Positions 38,101 through 50,200 of a DNA stretch of 64,000 nucleotides are shown here, in pieces. The notes under the pieces are model-generated. The model was not told the DNA's origin. It was given only the letters and a program-made list of their open reading frames with translations, and ran no database searches. A program made the position numbers and the translations under genes. The DNA is from Catajapyx aquilonaris (lineage: Eukaryota). Every line of letters starts with the position of its first letter. Position 1 is the stretch's first letter. The stretch lies in assembly GCA_000934665.2 (NCBI GenBank), contig JYFJ02001985.1, positions 1 to 64,000 on the forward strand, written 5' to 3'.

Positions 38101-41094
38101 TCCTATCACGCCTTCCAAACACGAGAAAAAGAAGTGACTAAAAAAGGAGAGGATTCCCTGCTTGACATTCTCCCCTTCTTCTAAATATACGGACAGGAGA
38201 ATCCATCGACCGATGGTTACCATGCCACCTTATGTACCTATCTGGAATGGAAGATATTTGCATAATCCTCCAGTAATAATTTTAAAAAATATTCTGAGAT
38301 TAGTGTGTGTGCTCTCAGAAGATGGGAGAAAGTTTTATCGCTTGATTCATATGTGTAACTAAACTGTATCAAACCTGCGAAATTTAGTGTAGGTAGAACC
38401 TGTACGGACTACAGATTTAAAATGAAAATTAGATTACTGTAGAGTACGACAACGGTACGGGAAGTGAAAAAGAAATTAAATGTAATTTATCAGCACTTCA
38501 TGCACTTTTGAAATTATCTAGAAAGAAATTGAGATCTGCAATTGAAAGTTATTGAACATCTGCTTCTTGGTCCTAAAGTGATATTAAAATAGGGTTTTTT
38601 TCTGAATCTGAACTGTGCAAAATCGATCACTCACTTTCTTTCTTCAGAATATCGAAAAATGCCAGATTTTTGCACGATTGTTTTTTTGTTCCACTCCTTC
38701 AATAAATTGTGGCTTCTCTCTCTCTGTAGGGTATCCACAACCCTACAGAGAGAGAAGAAAAATCCGATAGGCAAAAAGTAGGCCTACTCACATGTACTGA
38801 AATATCCCGGTAGCAAATCTAACTTACAAAATTATTGTTTTAAATTATTACGACTTCCAGAGAATTCTTATGATAATGTCGAGTTTACAGTTCTCTCCCT
38901 TTTGCACTTGCTAAGTGGCTATCATGTAAAGGCAGTGGCCATACATAAAATCACACATATGCCACGTACAGGTGTATAATACTGTATATGCAAAGTCTGG
39001 ACAGTTACCGCACGTGCTGTGGAGTGGTATTCAAATTTATGACGCCTATATGATCAAGCTCCAATTTCCCTGGTACTGTACATGTGCTCACTATACTTAT
39101 GTGGCAAATCTGTTTAGTTCGAAAGAAACGGTTCACTGGGGACTTGAAAATATTATAATATTTTACTCATAATTTCTGGAGATTTGTTACGTACAGCAGT
39201 TCTTAACGTTAAAATTGTTCATCAGACATTAGCAATTAATATACCTTATCAATTTTGACATCCTAAAAATCACTCTAAATTTACGTGCACCATTTTGTCA
39301 TCCCTTGAAGTACACTCTAGCTTGCAGACACTCCAGCTGAAGTGATCAAGCGCCGCTTATTCAACATGTCATCCGCATGCAAATCACCCTCACCTGCCGC
39401 TTAAGCCCATTTGTTGGACAATCTAATTAGTCGTAATGGCTACGTACCCGACACGTTTTGTTCGCATTTTCTGGCCCGCAACTGATGGCTCTGTCAATTA
39501 CATGACTTCACCGCCACTTTAAAAAAAGAAAAAAAACCAGAATACCTGCATGAGGCAATGTTTCCCTAATTTGTGAGCGTAAAATCAGTGAAGCCTGAAA
39601 CCGAGTGCAGCTGTGTATGGGAAACGAGAGCGGTTGAAGTTGGTGGAGTGCATTTGCATAGTTGGCCACCTGTTGCACCACCTGGAATTCCCAGGTTTTG
39701 CTGGCCAGGAACGCTTCTCCGGATTAAATATTTGTTAAAATTGTATAAATGTACATGGTATCAGGAACAGTTTACTCAGACTGCGTGTATTATTCGCAGA
39801 CTCGGCAGTACAGGATGCATTATGAGCTGATGACATTTTTATCGCTACCTCGCTCCGACGGTTATCTCGGTGGTTTTTTGTCGCTTTTTATGTGCTCGTA
39901 GGGTGAAGTTCGAGGTGACAGTGTAATTCAACCTTACAAAGTTCTAAGCTGAGCTTAATCAGTCCAGATGCTGTGGAGTCGAGCGTTTGAGACAAGGGAG
40001 TATCCGAATACATCCTTTCGCATTTAATATTTTGTTGACAAATATGACATAGCGGCTGCTGTCAATTAAGCTAATACATAATTTTCAATAGCATCAGCGG
40101 TTTTAAAACTTGACACGACATTCCTGATAGTTAACTTCATTGCACAATGAACATCCCTTGCTAACTGCAGGAAGGTTCTCACATTTTAATATCGCCACTC
40201 CGGATCACTCACCGAGATAATTGATAGGAAGCCAGGCAAGATACGAATTGACATGCCTTGCGTATTAGTTCCTCGGAGTTACCTGCAGTCAAATGCATGT
40301 CGCATGACAATTCCGCATCTTTTCCAGTCTCATATCATGGTGGGTGATCCGGAGTGGGAGGAATTCATATTAGGTGGTTAGTGCAGGACAGCCTTATGCA
40401 TCGGGATTGAGAATATCCGATTCTGGCAAAATTTCATTTTCATGTCTCCAGGAGATGCCCAGCCACTTCCATTTTGATATATACGCTACTCAACATAGGT
40501 TTCCTATCAGAAACACACGATACCAGTCACATTTCGCCTTATAAACGGTTCACCTGTCAACGCATAAGTTGTTTTCCATTACGCCAATAAGCCCGATCTA
40601 CCGCCCAATTTGCAACCACACCCGTCACAAGTACCAACTCCATGTCCCATTAGAGGCTCCAAAATCTCTTCATATCCATTTCCGTACCCAAAAACCCCTC
40701 CAATATGTTTGTTCCGAAATGCGGCACGCACGGGCATATACTACACCCTTTGTATCGATCCAGCCCCTCCTCCTACCCTTCCCCTTCCTCTCTTTTTTAC
40801 TTTATTTCCCAGCACCCTGTAGTCAAATGGACCAAAATCAGCAAGCTTCACTTACCATGCCTTGACCCTGATGAGGACCTCCCCTTCGGCCGGAGTGGGC
40901 TCTGGCTTCTTCATGATCTTAATATTCTTGAGTCCTCCGAATCCTGTCAGGACCACGGCCCTCATCTCCTTTGGAGGCTCTTCCGCCGGCTTGTTCCCAT
41001 TGTCGTTGTCCCCTGCTGCTGCAGCTGTTTCATCCTCCGGAGGTGTCTGTCCCGTGGTCTCCTCCTCCTTCGATCCGTTTCCGTCAGCGGACAT
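29169..41094 (-). CDS. VAT1L: Synaptic vesicle membrane protein VAT-1 homolog-like (MDR/zeta-crystallin family), about 444 aa. Exons 41094-40856, 35558-35429, 32068-31853, 31499-31357, 30559-30456, 29943-29888, 29829-29635, 29554-29326, 29191-29169
   Basis: EMRAVVLTGFGGL, VKACGLNFQDLMMRQG, LHSAGGAVGQA, GVDIVLDCLGGE, KPMGKYILYGSS, WWQVDKISPIKLFDDNK, IHDRRNIGKIILDP; 1335 nt in frame. Confidence 0.95.
40195..40357. repeat. Short element bounded by imperfect inverted repeats (possible old MITE) in VAT1L intron 1
   Basis: CCACTCCGGATCAC / GTGATCCGGAGTGG exact, extending imperfectly inward to about 28 bp; no clear TSD. Confidence 0.4.
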
Positions 41095-41790
41095 GGTGGT
41101 CCTAGTGCAGTGCTGGTTGTCCAAGGAAGCGTAACAGGTTGCCACCGGGCTCTGTTGTGTCGATCGACCGCTCTGTATGCCGGTGTGTCTCGCTCTAAGC
41201 GGTTGGGTTGATTCGGACTCCTTATTCAGGCCAGCAGGGGGATGCACGGACGGAGGGCACCAGGGTGGGTAGCACTTGGTTGGCAAGCCAGGGGAAACCT
41301 TCCCGCCCACTTGCGCCATCAGGGATGCGCGCATATGGGGGCCCATTGGAGCATAGTCATACTCACAGTACACTCATTATTCAACCATTTGTTTCGCTCA
41401 CATTTCGCAAGTTCTTTGTCACCCAATTCCAGAGAGATGAATCAGAATAATCTCATTTGCACACTGGAACTGGGTGTCGCATTTGACACTGTCGACGGAA
41501 GGTTCGCGCCCTTTAAAGATGTTTAAATTGACCTAGGTCAGTTCCCAGTCATAATAATCTCCTAATGTCAAAAATAAAGTTGGTGCTTCCTGAATCTGTG
41601 ACTTCAATATGCATGACTTGATTGATGTAGGTCCACATCAGTTGCAGTTGTGTGATCTGATATATTCAATATTTTGACTTTCAATACACATCATGCAATG
41701 GGATATTGGTACCAAACGTCCACTGATAGTCCTGATATCGCACAGCCCTCCCCTGATGCCTGAGTGCTGATTACTAATTTGATCCCTGCC

Positions 41791-42020
41791 GGGGAGGTGT
41801 GGTGGCCGAGATGGTAAGTGCTTGGCTTGCTGTGTGAAAGGTCCCGGGTTCGTCTCCTTTCACCTGTGTCAGCGAGGGTCTCTGACTTGCACCATGGTGT
41901 CTGGCAACCTAGCTTCCAGGGAGACTGCACATGACCCACATATAATGACAACGCTCTTGCACCTGTCTCTCCTCCCCACAAAAACCCGTATCCCCACCCA
42001 ATCTCCTTTCTTCCCTGCAC
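41791..42020 (+). mobile_element. tRNA-derived SINE, family B
   Basis: GGGGAGGTGTGGTGGCCGAGATGGTAAG...GGTCCCGGGTTCG; body GAGGGTCTCTGAC..CCATGG..GCAACCT matches the 9385-9536 copy. The 3' boundary is approximate. Confidence 0.7.
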
Positions 42021-42133
42021 CGGAGACTGAAGTACATATATATGCTAAGAAATTCGTAAGAAAACTTGGTGGTGTCCCACCACGGGCGCTAGCACGAGGT
42101 AGCACAAATAAAATCTTATATCTTATATCTATA

Positions 42134-42562
42134 CAGGGTGTATCTGAACTCAGTGCCCCGACGTATATGACTGCCTTCCTAGCCACCAGAGGATCAACTT
42201 ATGTAGAGGAGTCATTATGTCTGGGCAGCCTCATTACTGAGACACACTCTTTAGCGATTTTTGCCTAATCGCTCCTTCTGACTTTTAAATAGAATTTTCT
42301 GGTGTAACTAGCCAAAGAGGCCTTACCACCTGTGGGCAACAAACCAACAAAGTCCCGCCCCCAGACCTTCCAGAGCCTTCTGACTGGGGGAGGGTTCGAT
42401 GGGTGGCCTAACCGACAGGATATTTTGTACTACATGTTTGCGGCCAATTATCTCATTCAGTAATGCGGGGGCCAGACATTGTGACTCCTACACTTAAATC
42501 GATCCTCTGGTGGCTAGGAAGGCAGTCATATACGTCGGGGCACTGAGTTCAGATACAGCCTG
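42134..42562. mobile_element. Tc1/mariner-type MITE, copy 3 of 3
   Basis: Near-identical to 9696-10121; TA on both sides. Confidence 0.92.
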
Positions 42563-42595
42563 TATATCAAATATCAATCAAATATATCAATAAAG

Positions 42596-42625
42596 TTAGG
42601 TATGTACCTAAGAAAAGGGGTAATA

Positions 42626-42670
<45 letters not shown>
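42596..42670 (+). mobile_element. Severely 5'-truncated non-LTR retroposon stub with (AAT)n tail
   Basis: Flanked by the exact 15-bp direct repeat AATATATCAATAAAG (42581-42595, 42671-42685); ends AAGGGGTAATAA(ATA)n. Confidence 0.7.
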
Positions 42671-42674
<4 letters not shown>

Positions 42675-44277
42675 TATCAATAAAGACGGATGTGATTCTG
42701 TCTGTCTGTCCGTCCGGGACGACAACCATCTCATTCGCCTGCCATCTGTGGTCTGCTTCCTACACCTCCACCCTCTCCCGTCCTTCCGACCCAGCCTTCC
42801 TAAAAGTGTCGTGGCGGCTCTCTGTGCGTGGAAATTTTTATGGGGCTACAGGTAGGTGTTATCACTCCATTTATTCCCGGGCAACGCCAGGTGCCACAGC
42901 TAGTATAAAATAAAATTTGACCCCTGCCTTCAAACAATTAAATTTAAAAAAATATTAAGACAGTTGAGCTCGGCTGGATCACTCCTAAAATCAGCCATTA
43001 CATTTCACTGGCTTTTGTGGCAGGAGATTCATCATCAGCATTTTTTGCACCATAACCAGATAAAGCTTGTCTCAAACCTGCAACCTATGTAGATGTTTCT
43101 TGACTTCAGCATTACTGCATGTAATCAAATGAACCTGTAATAAAGTAGTGCTTGCAAGACATTGAATGCTCCTTGCAACAGTAAAAAACAAACTTTTGTG
43201 AACAAAAAAAAACTATATTTCGTCACCAACTGTACAACTTCACCTACACAAAATTAAACAATATGTATTCATTGTTATTACTAATAAAATGAAATCAAAA
43301 AATAGAGTTTGACAAAAAAGATATAAGTAAACAGAGGGAATAATCATCTAAATCATGATTGGATCTCACATTACAAGCAGTGTGTGTGAGTGGTAGAGCT
43401 GAGATCTTTTTTTTAAAAAAAAGTCAAATTGACGTAATTTATTGATTTGTCCTGCAATAAAAAGAGTCCTGCATATTAAAATACAGAAATGCAGGCATAT
43501 TATGAGGCAATGAAACTGACTATTTTCTTTGCCATTGGTGGCAAACCCAATCCACAAAAAAACTGCATGGCAAATTCACACACGAACGCACCCATACATA
43601 CATTTCAAAGTGCCATACTGCAGTTTGCACGTACCAGAACTGGACACTTGGGAAATAGAAACTTGATAACTATGAAAATTATTTCACAATATCTGCTCAA
43701 TAGTACCACTTGGTTGTTACATTGTGCACTTTGTGCCATAGAGAAGTGTATAGATGTATCAAATTTAATAAAGTATTTCATTATTCTGCAGCCTGTAACT
43801 GGTCATCCCATGAAGAGATTAGAGGAACTTATCAAGTACTACCACATGATGGATACATATTTGTGTTTTCTAAAACTAATGCTTGTTGCCGATATTTTTG
43901 TAAACAATATATATGTCTTTTTTCCCAAACCTGCCTCCAAAAGTGGCTGATTCCTTCCCAAAATGCACCTGCCTTTCCAGAAAGTGATCATTTCTCAAAA
44001 GAACACTCAATTATTATTGGCTTTAAAAAAAAACCCGCCAAGCCACTTCTGGAATGCACACATCGGATCACTCCTTTTCCTCACACACTGTGGTGATTTC
44101 TTCTGCCAAGTACCAACTACTAGCACATTTAAAAGCAAAGCTCCAGGAACAGTGGCTCCTGGTAAAGACCACTTCTTTTTCAAAAAAATGCATGCATTAT
44201 TGTAACATATCTGTTCCTGTCAACAGCATTCTCCTCCCAAAATGACCAGTGACAGGCATCCACAATGTGCTTGTTAT

Positions 44278-47200
44278 CTACACTTGCTGCTGCTGCTGCC
44301 CTTGTGATGCCTGTCTCTCCCCAACCACATTCTGAATTTTGCTGCAGAGAACAGCTGCTGGCTTCTTAGCCAGAGGCCCATCCATACCTTGCCCCAACCC
44401 ACCATCTTCAGACTGGAGGAGTCTCTTCCCAACTCTCCTGGAGGCCCCATCTTGCAGCATGGTGTTGATCATGCGTAAGTCTTTTGCAGGACTCCGGTTG
44501 AAACAATACTGAAGAGGCTTTGATGGAGATGCAGGAAGGGATCCAGTAAGGGAACGAGTGTATACTTGATGGCGGTCGGACACCTTACGGCGGGGGGACA
44601 TTGGTTGGGCTTTTAGCTGGGGAAGTGGGGAGAGAGATAGGTTCTCATTCTGTGGGGTAAGAGGAGAGAAAAATTATAATTGGGAAGATCATAATGATTA
44701 TTATCAGCAAAATGCACTGAAAAAATGTATCATCAATCTTAATCCAAATAGAAAGTCAACTCACCTTCTTAGAAAACTTAAGGGCAAACTTCTGAATGGC
44801 AACAACATACACACTGTTGTAGAATTTTATGAGATCTCCCCGGTCTTCATATTCAAAGCTGGTAGAAGTTCCCGCCAGCCTGGTAGGAGTTGGTGGGGCA
44901 GAGTGTGGTTGCTGTGGGGCAGTAGGAAGAGTGCTTGAGGATCTCATCCTTTGCTGCTCCTCTGAAAGTTACAATTTTTTAAAATTAAGTTTCACATCCA
45001 GTTGGTTGGAAGCTTTGTTAATCACAACTTTTTATACAACTGTTCTGAGCCTCTCCTCCACCCTACCCACCTCCTTTAGTTTCTGCCTCATCGCTAGGGG
45101 TAGGGCTGCTGGCTGAGGAGGTCCCATTACTAGAAGATCCTGATCCTGTTCGTCGTTTGGTGCACAGGAGGACACTGCGATACACATGTGATGCTGCCTG
45201 TGGCTGCATCCGGTAGCATTTCATTATATCCATAAATGACTGCTCCCTATCTGTCACCTGACCAGCAAAATAAGAGAATATGAACCGATTTCATAATGAA
45301 GAAAGTACATTATTTTACAAATTGGAACATTTGATGCTCTATCAGATATTTGACACTACTGTACTCTTGAATGTGCAGTACATTGAACTACTCACCCTGC
45401 ACACAACATATACTGCACACATGAGAATCTGGTCTAGGTGGCGGTCTTGCATGAGATCTGTGTGGTTCACAATGGAGTGCTCAAAGCACGTCCAGATCTT
45501 TCGGCGTAGATCTGTGTCAGTCACATTCAGCTGAGTGCACAGTTCTTGTAGTCGCACTGAAGCAAGGTAGTAGAACTGTGGAAAAAGTCATAATAAAATT
45601 CCAGATGCAATGTAACTCAATGTAATACCTACTGGCATATGTTAATGTACTAGCATTAACATTCCACATAAAGGAATCACGCAAAAAAAAAAAAAATCAG
45701 AATTGATCCAAATCAATCATAAGAGCAGTACTAACAGTATCAGAAAGTTACAAGGTTAACTATGAACCTTAATGTTAAATTTCCCTATTATGGTCCCTTG
45801 TCTGCTCACCTAGGGTAGCATACCCACCTGGCTAACTGGATGTTCTACCCTTTTATATACACTGTCATGCAGAAAACCCAGTAGATAAGTAACCCAGGTT
45901 GACCAGAGAGCAATCAGCAAATATATATTTTCAATATTAATTGCATTTATGAATTGAAATTAATTTTTAGTGAGTCCTCACAGGGAATCTACATTTGCCA
46001 ATACATGCTTAGTGCAGAGGAGTTTTCAATACCTTCCTAAAAAAAAGTCCCACAGAGCCTGACCTCTTGGGTTTGGACTTCTCCTCAGCCTCTACCTTCA
46101 CTCTGATCTCGGGAAGGGCCGAAGGAGTGACCACAGTGGCAAGAACTGTTCCAGGTGGCATTATCTTGCATGGGATGGGTATGTACTGCTCTCCATTCTC
46201 CCCAGATATAGCTGCAATAAATTAAATAAAACGTCAGACTTCAGACTACACATGCTCATAAATCTTCCAGTGTGTATCATTCCCAGCTGAACCTGTTAAT
46301 TCTGCCACTACAAAGGAAATATATCCCTTCATGACCTCAAAAACACATCCACAGACCCCAATTGTGCATATATAAACTAGGTCACAACGGAGCACTATGA
46401 GGTGACTTTTGGATGAAGCACAAGTACCAAGTTAAAGTATCAAGCCAGTGACCTTGAGCAATCTTTGAACACCAGCAGTTCCTCACTGGCATCAATTTTA
46501 ACCTTGTGTGTACCACCACTGCACAGCATTTTCTGTCATGGGAATGCCTATCCCTATGAATTGGCTAATACTATTTATGCTGACCGGTCCTCCCTCCAAG
46601 GGGTTTTAACAATGGCTGAAACCTAGATCAGCCACATAAGTAATCAAAAAATTATAAACTCTCCAGCTGTATCTCCAGAACAATTGACTAGCAAAGGCAG
46701 ACAAACCCAGCATCCAATGGGAGTACATGATCACATGGGTGAGACTCCATTGTGCCACCACAGGGATCCTTTGGACCCCTACATAAAATAGCACCACAGA
46801 TATGGGCCCTTCGCACCTCTGCCCATGCCCCCCACCTCCCCCCACCTCCTCCCTGCGATAAGATGGGGTGTGTCCAGGCCCTACTATTCTTAGATCGTGC
46901 TTCTAATGAACACTAATATATTTCAAAATACAAATTTTTCTCTCATATTCTACGATGGTGGACCAGTCAATCAGATACAGCTGATAAAATGCTACTTTGT
47001 CATGTTCTCTACACCATACAAGATCAAGTTGACACATCTTAATTACTTATTTAGTGCAACCAAAAAAATACATAATCCATCCTACATCACAAAAACAAAA
47101 ATTCTCACTATTACATAGCCTAAAGGCCGCTTCACAAACTCAGCGTTGCGAAAGCGGGGCGAAATGCCCGTTTCACAAACTCGGATTTGCGCGAGCGGGG

Positions 47201-50200
47201 CGTGCAGAGCGCGGAAAATTTGCAAAGGGCTATTCACAAATGCTGCGTGCGATGACCGAGCGCGAGCGTTGCGCTGGCGTCCAACCGGGTGGACTTTCTG
47301 CGTGCGATGAGCGGAAGGCCCACATGCCCCGCTTTCACAACGCCGAGTTTGTGAAGCAGCCTTAACTAGGCTAGAAGTCCCATAATTCCTATTGTATTAC
47401 ATAGCCTGTAACATTAACACAAGAAATGCTTAGTATGCAAACTTAAGCTCCAATGTTACAATCCATTTGAAATCAAACAGTATATAAAATAGATCCTGGA
47501 ATATCCCTCGACTTCACTGACAAAAAATAATTATAATAATAATTTTAAAAAATAAACATGGAATATGAAATGGACAGATTGGAAGAATATTGAAAAACAG
47601 GTAAGAACAGAAACACTTGAAGCCCTTCTCTTCGTAAAAGTACTGAATAGTGCAAGTGTAAAACAATGGCAGTCATACTCTTGATGTTGAGCAGTCCTCC
47701 CTTAGCCGAAGTCTGGAGCAGGGATTGGCCAGGCTTGAGTGGGGATCCCAGAGCTATCAGGGTGGAGGACACTTGGGTGGTGGCAGTAGCAGCCGGGACA
47801 GTGGCACTAGTAGTGATGGTGGTGGCAGGAGCAGCAGTGACACTAATGGACGGGGCTCCCTCCACAAAGAGGCGTTTCCTCGCAGTGCTATGGAGGACGG
47901 GCGACTGGAAACGCTCCGACACTGTTGACACTGGAGACTGTTGCGGGTCTGAAAGGATCCAGGTGGTGATGGAGGGGAAAGTATTCAAGTGAGGGGCTGC
48001 CACAGGATACTTGCTTTGGGAGGCTGCAGGAAAGGCTATTTACATAAGGAGTTGTAAGCGTGGTTACCTCTCTCTATTTTGCCTGAACCTTGGGTTTATA
48101 ATCTTTCCCCCTCACTTGTATTAAATTCCAAAGCTCTTCTCAGGTCATTTATGTACAAGGGATGTGTAAATAAAACAAATAATTCATATCTGCATGATTA
48201 TAATTAGGCCCTTCGGGTTTTCATTGCCCAAGGGTAATTCTAGATGCTTTCTTTCGGTGCGTTTCAATTTATCGCATATTTTGGATATAGTTTTTTTCCC
48301 ATCCCATAAATTTAAATTTCAAGGGAAACAGAACCAATCAGTTATCCAACACATTCAGCATACACAGAAGGGCTTCAAGTGTAGGTTACATGTACTGTAC
48401 AATATTGCACAATAGGCAACAACAGTGCACTGAAGACAGAAATAAAGACATGCATAGCAGACAAGCAGGAAGCCTGGTGTCAACTACCAAAAGCACCCAC
48501 AAGAAAAGCAGGAAGCACGAATTAGACAAGACAGTAACACTTGAAGCCTCTAGAAAAAATAAATAAATTATTCAGTAAATTTTTTTAAAACATTAAGAAA
48601 AACACACACAAAAAAAAATCCCACTGCCACAACTGGAACTTGCAATTATGAGTTCACCTCATATTCGTACTCAGTTAGTAGCATGTGCATGAAATATACG
48701 TATTCCACTACAGGATCATTATGCAACATAATTTCCTTTCACTTCAATGGTACATACATTGTGATGCCAGAGGCATAAACAGGAATCATATGTACAATTT
48801 AAAAAATTCAACTTATTCACACTTATGGTGGCTCCTTAAGTCTATTGACATTTCTCCTACGGAAATCACACTTGCATGAAAAGGCAATATCTACTGAAGA
48901 ACAAATTGGTTGGCTTTTAGCCATACACTGCAGGACCACCACAGTTCAGATGCCATGACTTACTGTGGCCTGATCTTCACCCTAACCCTATAATTCAAGA
49001 TTTTAAATAACCCTTTTTAGGCCTTTCTAATCAAAGGCCACCAAATGCTGTATTAACAGCAACACAACCATGTATCTCAGTTGTCAGGCAGGTGGCTGAG
49101 GAGGACATGGGCAGGTGGGTGGCAGAGCACATAAGGACAGGGAGAGCTCATTGATTGGTTGTCAAAAGAGTGAGGAGCTAGTCATGTTTAAAATTGTACT
49201 TCTCAGCAATGGCTGGCAATAGTGGTCATTCACATGTAAAGGAAAGCCTCAGCACATGTGCAGTTTAGGGAGGCTACAATATGTAAGCTACTTCTCCATT
49301 CAAGCCCTTACTGAATAGTTTGGCTGCCTGAAGATCATACTTTGGGGCAGGAAAGGAGCAAATTGGCATAAGATGGCACAGATGGTGTGTAGTTTTGAAA
49401 TGGCTCTACAATGTGATGACAAAATACACTACTAAGGTCCTCATGTCTTATCCACTGAGGAGGTAAAAAATTATTAACACTGCGACAAGTTGCAATCATT
49501 GGCAATAGTGATGGTTATAGGTTCACAGTTTTGAGAATTGTGGAAATGGCTTAGTGCACTGTGGCAATGTGCAGTCTGCTGAAAAGCCCAGTTCCTTGTG
49601 AGTTCAAACATGTCCAACGGTGGCAATAACATGCACTGCCTGTCTCACACAATTCCGGAAAGAGGAAAGCTGCATTATGTTACAAGGGATCTGTTACACA
49701 CAATCTACACACAATATTGTGCAGTGTGCAGCAACACATTTTTCTTGATATTAAATTTGTTTAAAATGATACCAGTAATAAGTGCAGGAGAGCGTAACCA
49801 ATAAAAATGCATTTTGATGGAGCAGTATGTACTGAAGAATTTTTTCTGGTGAAGTGGGGATGTCTCATTTCTTCTGGTATCCTACAATGGTCCAGTGAAT
49901 GACAGTGCCATTGTGGAATAATTCAATAAAGGTATGGGGTTTAGAGCATATCACAATTCATCACAGTACACCAAGCCATTCGTGACTCCCAAGCCTTTCC
50001 TCTTATGCACAATAAATTTATCCACTTCTTGTTTCAACCCATTCCAAAACACCATAAGTTAGCAGTGCAATGGTACAAGTCAAGCACTGACATATTCCTT
50101 AATTTTTCATTAACTATATTGACATAATTATTATAGCTTGACATTCAAATATGAACTGGGCCATTTTCACTTTTGCTTGGCATAAGAATTGATGCAACTG

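Larger units (their letters stand above)
42114..42903 (+). mobile_element. Non-autonomous Helitron-like element interrupted by two younger insertions
   Basis: TCTTATATC-type 5' end, (TCTG)n tract at 42697-42715, 3' hairpin CCCGGGCAACGCCAGG then CTAG|T at 42900-42903. The 5' boundary is inferred. Confidence 0.6.

Noticed and set aside
37807..38250. Nested gene in VAT1L intron 1
   Set aside because: Several short overlapping ORFs with no consistent splice structure or recognisable motif.
41095..41373. 93-codon in-frame N-terminal extension of VAT1L
   Set aside because: Open frame in GC-rich promoter/5' UTR DNA with no family resemblance; the ATG at 41094 has a strong ACCACCATG context.
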